Positions 1-10,600 of a DNA stretch of 56,140 nucleotides are shown here, one piece after another. The translations under genes and the position numbers were made by a program. This DNA comes from a virus. Lineage: Duplodnaviria > Caudoviricetes. Below the pieces are notes generated by a model that was not told where the DNA came from, searched no databases, and saw nothing but the letters and a program-made list of their open reading frames with translations. The stretch spans positions 1 through 56,140 of the IMG/VR virus record IMGVR_UViG_3300044972_000535. One strand, written 5' to 3'. How positions within the stretch are numbered: the first letter of the stretch is position 1; every line of letters begins with the position of its first letter.

Positions 1-262
1 AGTATCTGCAATAGCGCCGACTCTTGCTGCTGCTGCTGCTCCCACTACCGCAGCCACCACTATCGGCGCGGCTGCTCTGCCAACGGCAACTGCGGCTCTT
101 GGAACAGGAACGACAGTTGCTGCCGCCCCCGTGGCAGCGGCTGCTGCCAGTACTGGCGCTGCGGCTACCGGCACGATGGCAGCGATTGGGGCAATTGCTA
201 CGCCGCTTCTCATTGGCGTTGGTGCGGCACTGCTGCTCGACAGCATCTTCGACATTTTCTGA
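1..262 (+). CDS. 3' part of an alternative allele of the Ala/Thr-rich ejection protein gene at 55529-56056
   Basis: 9-108 identical to 55761-55860, then a 42-bp shorter variant segment, ending ...LLLDSIFDIF* at TGA 260-262. Confidence 0.85.
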   Translation, partial: VSAIAPTLAAAAAPTTAATTIGAAALPTATAALGTGTTVAAAPVAAAAASTGAAATGTMAAIGAIATPLLIGVGAALLLDSIFDIF

Positions 263-346
263 GGAACACCCAATGGCGCTTCAATACATCGATCCATTTG
301 AGGGTTTCACCGGAGGCCTGAAGCTTGGCCTAGACACCATCAAGGG
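220..346. repeat. Exact 127-bp terminal overlap, identical to 56014-56140
   Basis: Direct comparison; 127 bp equals a common assembler k-mer, indicating a circular or terminally redundant genome. Confidence 0.95.
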
Positions 347-1628
347 GTTCCGCGACGAGAAGCGCCAGGACGAAGATCGCGCCTTCAACAAGCAGATGGC
401 TATCGAAGCCAATGACCGTGCAAAGGCAATGCAGTCGCTTGCCACGGCTGAGGGCGCTCGCAGTCAAGGCACGTACGACTACAACGTAACGCAGCGGCCA
501 AGGCAGGAGAAGGCTGCGGATGCCACTCTTCAAGGCATTACTCTCGAGAACGATGGCAGGCGAATCGCGAACACGAATGCGCCAATTCTCCTGGCGGACA
601 CGCTCAAGACTTCAGCGTCTACCCGCGCCGGCAATGCCGCTCAGATTAGGCAGGGGGACGCAAGAATCGCGCTTGAGCGTCAACAGCAGAACCGTCTCGA
701 TCTTGAGCAGGAAGACACGGCGGCTTTCAGGGCGTTCTCTCAGTACGTTGACCGGCCAAACCCCGCGTTGATTCAGAACAATCCACGCATAGCGTCCTCG
801 ATTCTAAAGCTGACTGGCGCGGCTGTCGGAGCGCCGAAGCTTCTTGATGCAGTGCAAAACCCGTTTGGTGCATGGCGCAACAACTCGGATGATCGCCGCA
901 CGGTTCTCAGCTACGCCAACATCAATCGCAGCGATGCCGCAAGGCGACTTGGCTTGGATGCAGGAACTACGGCTGCCATTGACCTGCGGCCATCTAAAGG
1001 GCGTGAAGGTATCGCAGAGGTGACGTTCGTTGGGTACGACCCCAAGTTGAAGCAGATCGTCCAGCGCACTGCGCCATACCACGCCGAGAAGCTGTTCGAC
1101 AAAAGCGTCGTTGTTGGCAACACGTTCAATCGCATCCGCAACGATCCGAAAGCGCGGGCTGCCGCTGTAAGTGGATACGCATACTCAGACCCGCAGCAGT
1201 TTCAGAAGACGGTCAAGTACGAAATCGACCGCCGCAAGAGCATGGTCAAGGGTATGCAGGATGGCACTTATGAAGCTACTCCGAACACCCCGTCAGTCCA
1301 GGTGCTGATGTCTGAAATCCAGAAGCTAGAACAGGGTGACCAGGCAATGACTGAGCGCGCTGTCTTCCAACGCATGGGCGGTATCGGCGCGGAAAATAAC
1401 TTGAACCAGATGTACCTGGCCCTTGATCGCGTGATGGATGCAAAGGGATTTGATGAAAAGCAGGCAGTTGATTACATCAACAAGACGCTTGGTTTGGCGA
1501 TGGGCAACAACGCGGCCTTCAACGAACTGATGACTGGCGCTGGCATTAACACGTCTGGTGTTAAGGGTGCAGGCAAAGACCCGGCTGCCCGTGCATCTCA
1601 AATTTTGCAGGCACTATCCCGTCTTTAA
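273..1628 (+). CDS. Putative ejection/internal virion protein
   Basis: ATG 273 after GAGGA; helical charged N-terminus; directly upstream of the giant virion protein. Confidence 0.65.
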   Translation: MALQYIDPFEGFTGGLKLGLDTIKGFRDEKRQDEDRAFNKQMAIEANDRAKAMQSLATAEGARSQGTYDYNVTQRPRQEKAADATLQGITLENDGRRIANTNAPILLADTLKTSASTRAGNAAQIRQGDARIALERQQQNRLDLEQEDTAAFRAFSQYVDRPNPALIQNNPRIASSILKLTGAAVGAPKLLDAVQNPFGAWRNNSDDRRTVLSYANINRSDAARRLGLDAGTTAAIDLRPSKGREGIAEVTFVGYDPKLKQIVQRTAPYHAEKLFDKSVVVGNTFNRIRNDPKARAAAVSGYAYSDPQQFQKTVKYEIDRRKSMVKGMQDGTYEATPNTPSVQVLMSEIQKLEQGDQAMTERAVFQRMGGIGAENNLNQMYLALDRVMDAKGFDEKQAVDYINKTLGLAMGNNAAFNELMTGAGINTSGVKGAGKDPAARASQILQALSRL

Positions 1629-1672
1629 TGCTACTGACGGCGTAGTAGAAGACCCGCATTTCAGGATGACAG

Positions 1673-4600
1673 ATGGCTAGTAACTACCTTGACGATTGGT
1701 TTGCGAAGTACTCTGGCGGCGGGGAAGGTGGTAGTCAGCCTGCTGCTGCGACTAGCCCTGCCGCAACAAAAATCCAGAGCCAGATTGCACGAATCGATGA
1801 GGTTGCCGCCAAGAGGAAGGCAGGCTTAAAGGACAGCGCCGTCCAGCGTGGCATCAGTGCAGTAAATGATTTCCTCACGCCGTTCAGCGATGGCGACGAA
1901 ATCACGAACAGCATAAATAGTCGCCGTCAGGAACTGCAATCAGAACTGGATACGATCAACCGCCAGGGCGGCGTAAAGAAGAATGAAGGCTTCGTCGATG
2001 ATGTGAAGTCTACCTTTCGCTCTGGCGTTGGGTCGCTCAAGACTGGCACTGCTTACCTCGGCAAGAAGGCCGGACTAGACACGTCCGCACTTCAAGGGAG
2101 CGGTGAGGTTGACCAGGCCGTTGCGCAGGAGTCGTTCTCAGATGAAACCAAGCGCATCCGCGAAGAGGGCGTCTTTGGTGATCAAAAGGGAATTGCAGAT
2201 CGCGCCTATGCCGCCGTTCTCGGTGTAACCGAATCAACGCCAGGACTTCTGGCGACGATACCTATCACGGCTGCTGCCGTAGCCGCTCTTCCAGAGGCGG
2301 CTGCCCTAGCAATCGGCGCTCGCGCTGTTCCAGTTCTGGCATCACGCGCGCCCTGGCTTCTTCGTGCTATCGGGGTGACGGCAGAACAGGCTGCGACAAC
2401 GCAAGGGGCGGTCATTGTTGGCCGGCAGCTGGTCGGCACTTTGGCGGGGACAGTTACTGAAGGCGTTCAGGCGGCTGGCTCTGCTGGTTACGAAACAGAA
2501 GGCCAGATCAAGAGGCAGATCGACGCCAACCCGGAAGCATTTGCACAGAGTGAACTGGGGCGCAGCCTGCTCGAGAAGACGAGCGGCGACCTTGCGAAGG
2601 CGAGGGATATGGCAGCCTCGGATGTGGCCGGCAATGTCGCGCTGACCACTGGCTTTGCCACGTCACTCCTCGCCATACCTGGATCGGCGTTTGAGTCTCG
2701 CATTGTTAGCGGACTCGCCAGGAAAGGCTTCATGAAGGAAGCCGCTTTCGGCGCTGTAGGTGAAGGCCTTCAGGAAGCGCCACAGTCTGGCGCGGAGAAG
2801 CTGATCTCGAACGTCGGTATGCAATCTGTTGGCTCAGAGGTCGGAACATTTGAGGGCGTTGGGCGAGCAGCTGCTGAAGGCGCTGTCGTTGGTGGATTAC
2901 TTGGCGGCGGCGTAGGCACTGTTGGTGGCGCACTGACGCCTTATGAGCGTACGCCTCCGCCACAAGGTAAAGACGATGAACTTGCCGCTGCGCTCGATGC
3001 GGAGCGGGCGGTGGCGGGACAGCCTGACAGGGGTGGCAGGACGCTCGAGTCACCGAACACGCTGATCGACCGCGAGGTGTCGGCTCTCGACGAGCAGATG
3101 GGGACGCTTCGTGTGGGCGGGCTAAACCTGACACCGACGCAGATCATGCAAAGTGCGCGGGCGAACGAACGCGATCCGCGCATCGCCAACATCATGTCTC
3201 AGCCAGTGTCTCCGCAGACAAAGGTAGAGCAGGTTGCGCGCATCCTGAACGCAGAAGACGCATCACGTCTCGAGCCGCAGGTCGTGCAGAAGATCACGCC
3301 TCTAGTCGGCGGTACGAACAAGCTTTCGCAGACACGCGCGGCTATTGAGACTGAACTGTCCAAGGTTGACGAAGCGGTTATCGCGGAGTCGCCGATTCTT
3401 TCTGCGATGGCCCAGGCCGTAGCGAAGGACGAAAAGGGCAAGTACGCAATGGGCGGCAAGCAGGCGGTTGATGCCGTGCGCGGTGCCGTCACCGGGTATC
3501 GTCCAACTGCGCCCCAGGGGCAGACGGTGTTTGTACGCCCTGAACGTGGCGGAGATGGCGGCGTCTCCATGACGCAGGATCAGGTCGCAGAAGAGCGCCA
3601 GCGTGAACGCGAAGCAGGACAGGCATTCGATCTGGCAGACCGCCGTCAGCGGCGGTACGAGAGCCAGACCGGTGTTGGCGGGCAGCGTGAAGACCTGCGC
3701 CCTGGTGCGTCGGAGCCGGAATCGCAAATCTTCCTCGACCCCAAGGCCTATGGCGAGCAGCTTGGCTGGACTCCCGCCACCCTGGTTGCTTCCGAAACGC
3801 CTGGCATGGTCCGTGTCCAGTACGAGTCCACATCCGAAATGGGTGCCGATGGCGCACCCGTCATTATCTCCGACGAGGTTTCTCTCAATGACCTGGTGGG
3901 CCGTGTTGTGCGCGGCAGTCCCCGCCTGACGCAGGAGTTCGCTCGCGACCAGCGTCGCCCACAGGCTGGTGTTGGCACCGGCATGGCCGGACCGCGCAAC
4001 TCTATCGACCGCACCTCGAGCAAGTCTCTGACGACCACGCCGGAACCTGGTCCGCCGATGGTGCGACCTGTCGAGCCGAACTTCCGGTACGAAGGTACAC
4101 GCCCGAACTCAGGGCGTGGGTCGCAGTCTGCCCAGCCGGCGGCGCAGCAGGACACGCTGCCCTCTCCCCAACAGGATGCCGCTCCAACTCCGCAGGACAC
4201 GCTTCCCGCTCCCCAACCGAAGCTTGAAGACAACACTGATCAGCAGGATGGCGGCGAGCAGTATTCAGGTCGTGCGTCCAAGCGCCAGAAGCGGGTCTAC
4301 GGCACACAGGAGAAGGTTGCACCAGCAGCCAAGGAAGCGCAGCCAGCCAGCCTGCCAGCACAAGGAGCCGCGCAGCCAAAACAGGCTGACAATCGCGCCA
4401 CGGATGCACGTGACGCAGACAGCGCAACGCCGGACGAGGCGCGGGCAGCACCAAAGGCTGAACAGGTCGACTACAAGGCCGTCATCCAGGATCGTCTGGA
4501 CAAGCTTGCGGTACGTGGGCGTCAGGGCAAGGTTCTCGCGAACCGTATCCGCAGCCTGATGAAGGACAAGAACCTCACAGCGACGCAGCTGTACCACGCC

Positions 4601-7600
4601 TTCCAGATGGGCGAGGTGATGTCTCGAGTCCTGCCGAAGAATGCCGGCATCGACATCCTCTTTGTCCCTTCATTGACGGCAACAGACGCAACTGCGGCAG
4701 CGAACAGCGCCACCAGGGTGGGTGAGGAAATCCCTGGCAAGGTGCAGATGTATGAGATCAGCCAGAACGGTTTCCGTGGCCTGATCACCATGTCGCTTAG
4801 TGACAGCGTCTTGTCCGTCGCACGTGAGAACGCGGCGCACGAAGCGTTCCATGTGGTCCAGGATATGCTTTTTGCATACGACCGACCCGCGTTCGATCAG
4901 ATCAACCAGTCGTTCTTCGACGGTATGCGGATCGATGATCTGGATGCCAGCATCCTGCGTACCCTCAAGACACTGTCACTCAATGGCCAGACAAGCGTCT
5001 ACGAAAGTCTGAAGTCGGACTTCGGCAACACGCCGTTTGGCAGTTCGTTCGAGGCACAGGCAGTAGCCTTTGGCGCATTGGTGGACGCCAAGGATCGCGG
5101 CAGCCAGATGAAGGGTCTGAAGGCCAGCTTCATCCGCGTTGTGGATATGCTCGCCAACTTCCGCCGTGAATTTAAGAACGGCCTGGACAAGTCTGGTGTT
5201 CAGTCTGTGGCAGAAATCTTCGACGGATACCGTGCAGGCAAGGCGCAAGAGAACCTCACCGAACGCGCCCCTTTGGCCGGCGAAGGTCGCGCGAGCGCAG
5301 AGCAGTACACTGCCCGTGGCGTGTTCCCAGTTCCGCAGCGCCTCTTCGACAAAGTCGGCGTTCCGGAAGAGCAGCGGACCCGTGGCGGAACCTACATCGA
5401 TCCGAAGAACCGCGAGGTTTTCACGGGTCGCACGTTTGGTGACGCCACCATCTCGATCAATCCAGAGACGGGCAGCCCGTCATTCGTGATTGACGATGCG
5501 ACTGAGACAGAGGCGATGACGCCGAAGGATGGGACGACCGTCAGGACGAACCTGTTCAAGCAGAAGGCCGGCTGGAAGTGGGTTGGAGACGACCGCCCTG
5601 CCAAGACAGTGGTGAGCGTCGAAACGCGCGGCAAGCATTTCTATACGCTGGCAACGAAGTTCGACACGCCAGTCACCCTGAAGTCATACCCTGACGCGCC
5701 GTCTGAACCGCGCCTGCGTCCGACGACGTTTGGCGAGATCACGCTTGGCGAACAGATCGGCGAGATCGACGTGCGCGGCAAGCTTCACCCTGTCTATGAA
5801 GGCGTCACCGTCCACGCGAGGGGTGTCCAGTACTCCGCCAGGACCGGCAAGGGCAAGAGCCAGAAGCCTGAATACAAGCATCCGGAGATCGGTGCGCAGA
5901 AGATCAAGGTTCCGCTGCGTGGGACATCCACCATTCCGTTCCTGTACGACAACGGCAAGGACAAGGCGGAGCAGACGCCTGGCAAGTCCATGGCCTTGAA
6001 GGACTCTGTCCAGTTCATCCAGGCGCGCACACGCACCGCTCTCATGAACCGCTTCGGCATTGACCGGATCGTCGGGCCGAACCCGGATACAGACGCATAC
6101 CTGTCCCAGACCATTGCATCGGAAGCGGAGGCCGCAATCCTGAAGGAGCGGGCCACAGGCAATCGCTCCGCGCTCGACTGGTACACAAGCGCAATTGAGA
6201 ACGCTATCGATGAAGCGTCGGCCATCTACCCGATGCTGACCAGCGACAACGCCGCAATGGCCCGGAACAACCAGCTTGGCTTCCGTGGCAAGGAGGACGC
6301 CCGCGTCGCCTTCACCCTCGCACTGTCGATCACCTCGCAGAACATGAAGGTGCGTGACAACGCCAGGGCAACGGTCGAGCAGTTTGACGTGTTCCTCGAG
6401 ACTGGTCGCTTCGATCCTTCGCGCTCCTACGGGACGAAGGCACCGTCGATTTCTGGGAACCTGGCCCTTGCGAACTTCATGCTCGAGCAGGTCTTCGACA
6501 GGAACATTGCCAACTTCGGCTCGTTCCTCAACACCGAGTTCACCGTCTCTGAACTGAACGGCATCGCGAAAGGCATCGCCAAGAAGGGCGGTATGGACAA
6601 GCCTCCGTTCTCCATCAGCGGAGAGCAGGCCTCTGAGATGGTCTACGGTTCAGCAATCTTTGGCCCGAAGATCGGCAACGGCTTCTACCAGAACCTGAAC
6701 CGCAACTTCTCGCCGGTCACGATTGACCTGTGGTTCATGCGCCTGTGGGGTCGCCTGACGGGTACGCTGGTCGGTAACGACGCCGCCATCGCCAAGCAGC
6801 TGCAAGGCCTTCGTGATGCCATCGAAGCCGACAGTCATCCAACCATGAAGGTTCCGGATGGCTATGTCGAAACGGTAAAGAATGCCACCGAAGAAGAGAT
6901 GGTCGGGGTCGCTGTCCAGATGACGGCTGAGTGGGAGCGCCAGTACAAGGCCTTCCAGAAGCAGGGTCTGACATCGAAGGAAATCACTGACCAGAACTTG
7001 AAGCCGGAGTGGGCATACAAGGCGGTTGCCATTGCAGGGCAGCTGAAGCCTAACGATGCGCCGACCAGTGGTGGGCAGCGCAAGTGGATTCGCGATGTTG
7101 TTAAGACATCCGTGGCAATGCTCGCCAAGAATGGCTACAACGTGACGCCCGCAGACCTCCAGGCGCTGGTGTGGTATCCTGAAAAAGACCTGATCAACCT
7201 GTTCAAGGAAGGCAAGCTTGAGGCCAACCTCAATGTGTCATATGACACAGCCTTCAAGGAACTCGCTGCGCGGAGAAACGCAAATGACCAGACAGCCGAC
7301 ACCAATGCAGGAGACGGAACTGGCGACGGCAATGCACGACGCAGCGATGGTGGACGCCGTGCCGACGAAACCCTTGGACAAGCAGACCAAGCTTTGGCTG
7401 CGGGAACAGTTGAAGAAGAAGGGGATAAAGTTCGACGAACCCTCCCTGGACAAAACCGCCAAAGGCTGATCGACCGTGGGGCTATGTACTCTGGCCGCAC
7501 CGGGTCGGCTGAGTTCAAGTCCTGGTTCCGCGACAGCAAGGTCGTCGACACTGACGGCAACCCGCGTGTCGTCTACCACGGCACAACGTCAGAGATATCT

Positions 7601-10600
7601 GAGTTCAAGCCAACGAATGGCGTGAACGGCCAAATCTGGGGTGCGGGTTACTACCTCACGCCTGACGCTAGGTATGCCAGTTCGTTCGCCAAGGACTTCA
7701 CGAAGCCGCGCGCTGATGAGGATACCGGCGGCAACGTGATGCCGCTGTATGCGTCCCTGCAAAACCCCCTGCAAGACGCGCAGGAAATGACCGACATCAA
7801 GCGCGAGGTTGGCAGCAACGGGGCAGCCATCACTGCTGAGGTTAAGCGTCGTGGGTATGACGGCGTCGACATCACTATCGGCGGTCGCCCAATCGTCGTC
7901 GCATTCGAGCCGGCGCAGATCAAGTCCGCCGTCAGCAACAGCGGCAAGTTTGATCCGGAAGATGCTCGCATCCAATACTCGGGTCGGACAGGATCGGCTG
8001 AGTTTAACAGTTGGTTTGGCGACAGCCAGGTTGTCGATAAGAACGGCGACCCCTTGGTCGTTTACCACGGCAGTCCCAACCGTGGCATCGAGGCTTTCGA
8101 TACAACTCGGGTCACGCAGCGCAGCGCAAGAGGTGATCTTGCCGGGGCGTATTTCACATCAGAGCCATTTTCCGCATCCAACTACGCCCGCACTACGGGT
8201 TCAAAGGAGCGTGGGAAGGTCTACTCCACTTATCTCAAGATCGAGAACCCGCTCGACACCACGGATGCCATTCGTCGCTATCTGCGTCGCGGAATGTCGT
8301 TCAACGATGCGAAGCAGAAGGCGCTCGAGGCGCTTACCCCTGAGAATGATGGGGTGATCTTCCGTGGGAACGGGATCAACACGCCTGAGTATGTTGTCTT
8401 CAGTCCGACGCAGATCAAGAGCGCGACGGATAACAACGGGAACTTTGATCCAAACGATGAGCGGATTCGCTACTCCGCTCGCCGTGGTCAGCGGTACACG
8501 GGCGGCGTGTCGCAGTCGATGATGGACAAGGTCGTCTCGAATGAACCGGAACCTGGTGTATTCGGCACCTTCCTAGACAAGATGGTCGGTCGTCGTGGCG
8601 GCGAGTCGCGTCGCCGCGCACTTGTCCGGAACCTGGTCAGCGACAAGGACGGAATGTTCATGCTTGATCGGATGCTCGATGCCGCACAGCGCGGCGTGGA
8701 CATCTCTGACGGTCGCGTTCCGGTTGATGGCTCGAGCGTTGGTCGGGCGATGGAGATGGCGTCTCAGTCATCTGGCGTTGTGCAGGCTGCTCTTGAGTAT
8801 GGCCCGCCAGTATTCGATGGCGATCTGACCACCATTCACCAGGATATCCCAGGCCTGTTCGATATCTTCGCGCCAATTGGCGAGGAGAAGGCTGATGCGT
8901 TTCAGACCTACGCTGTTGCGCGTCGTGAAAAGGAACTGCGCAGCGGTGGCCGCGTTGGCTTTACCACACTAACTGATGAAGAAATCAGCGAGACGTTGAG
9001 TAATGCAGACGCTGAGTTCAAGACGGTCTTCGATAACTACCAGGCCTTCAACCAGGTCGTCCTCGACTACGCTGTTGATACCGGCCTGATGACCAGTGAA
9101 CTTGGCGACAAGCTGAAGTCAATGGACTACATCCCGTACTACCGCGCTCTTGAACTCGACAGCGGGGAACTCGATGTTCTTGGCCCGAACATGGGCGAGG
9201 CCTTGAATAACCCGAAGTCGGCACTGGACTTGCGGCTGAAGGGTGGAGACACCGGACTCGGCAATCTGTACGAGAACTTGATCCGCAACACGCAGTCGAT
9301 CCTGTCTGCGGCGCGAAAGAACCTGGCTCTTCAGGAGGCAGCTGACGCTATCGATGCCCTGAACACTGCCGGCGTGACAGGTCTAGGCTTCAAGGTTCGT
9401 GAGCCGAAGGGTGAGGGTGTCATGCGCCTTCGCGTTGATGGCAAGCCTGCCTACTACAAGATCGAAGACCTCGCTGTCTGGACGGCGATTGCGTCCCTTG
9501 GGCCACAGTCTCGCAATATGTTCGTCGAGGTCGGCTCAAAGCTGGCTGGCGTTCTGCGCTCTGGCATCACGCTATCGCCCTCATTCATGCTGCGCAACCT
9601 GTATCGCGGAAAGATTAGCGCGTTCGTCACTACCGACGCCAAGCTTGGCATAGGTATCGACAGCTTCAAGGGCGCAAAGGATGCGTTCCAGGGCGGTGAG
9701 GCAACGCGGATCATCAAGGTCAACAGCGGCATGGGTGGCTACACGTACGGCATGGGCGAGCGAGACTTTGCCAACGAAATCCGCCGCCGGTATCGCCGTG
9801 ATGAAGGCGGTGGTTACGGCTTTATCCGCGACTGGGGTGACCGCTTCAAGGGTGTCTTGGTCGGCCTGGAGAAGATCGGCGAAGCTTCGGAATTTGCCGA
9901 ACGTGTGAAGCTGTACAAAGACCTGGTTGCCAAGGGCGTGACTGAAAAGTCTGCCGCGTATGAGGCGATGAACCTCACGAACTTTGGCCGCAAGGGTGCT
10001 GGTGAGGGATATATCGGGTACGTAGCAAGCGGCCTCGTCCCGATGATTCCGTTCTTGAACGCCCGCATCCAGGGTCTGTACCGTATCGCTGAGAACCAGC
10101 AAAACGAGCCAACGATCATGGGTCTTCGCCAGCAGGTGATGATCCGTGGCCTGCTGCTCACTGCCGCCTCCACGCTTCTGTATGCACTGGCGGCGGACGA
10201 TGACCGGTGGGATGAGGAGTCCACCGAGAACAAGATGCTCAACGACATCATCTACGTGGGAGACAAGACCATCCGTCTGCCCCGCGCCTTTGAAGTCGGA
10301 ACGCTTTTTGCCTCCATGCCTATCGCCTTCATGGACTACGTGCGGGATAACGATGGGCAGGAACTTGGTCGGAAGGTGAGGTTTGCCTTCATGAGTACGT
10401 TCGCCCTTAACCCAGTCCCGCAGATGTTCCTGCCTGGGATAGGGGCAGCCGCCAACCTCAACTGGTTCACCCAGCGGCCAATCGACAACATGGCCGACCA
10501 GAACCTCCCGGAAGCTATGCGCTTTGATGGCAATACCAGCGAAATAGCCAAGGGCATTGGCAAGCTGGCGGACGTATCACCGAAGCGCGTGGACTACGTG

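Noticed and set aside
1-219. Diversity-generating retroelement TR/VR pair with 55761-56013
   Set aside because: Differences include a 42-bp indel and non-adenine changes, no reverse transcriptase is present, and contig-end geometry explains the duplication.
24-272. N-terminal extension of the 534-aa ORF
   Set aside because: It is an alternative frame of the upstream gene's 3' end; the RBS-led start is ATG 273.
4116-4559. Second nested gene in the polyvalent protein
   Set aside because: The Arg/Ser/Gln-rich translation is typical of off-frame GC-rich DNA, and it runs across a boundary motif instead of filling a linker.
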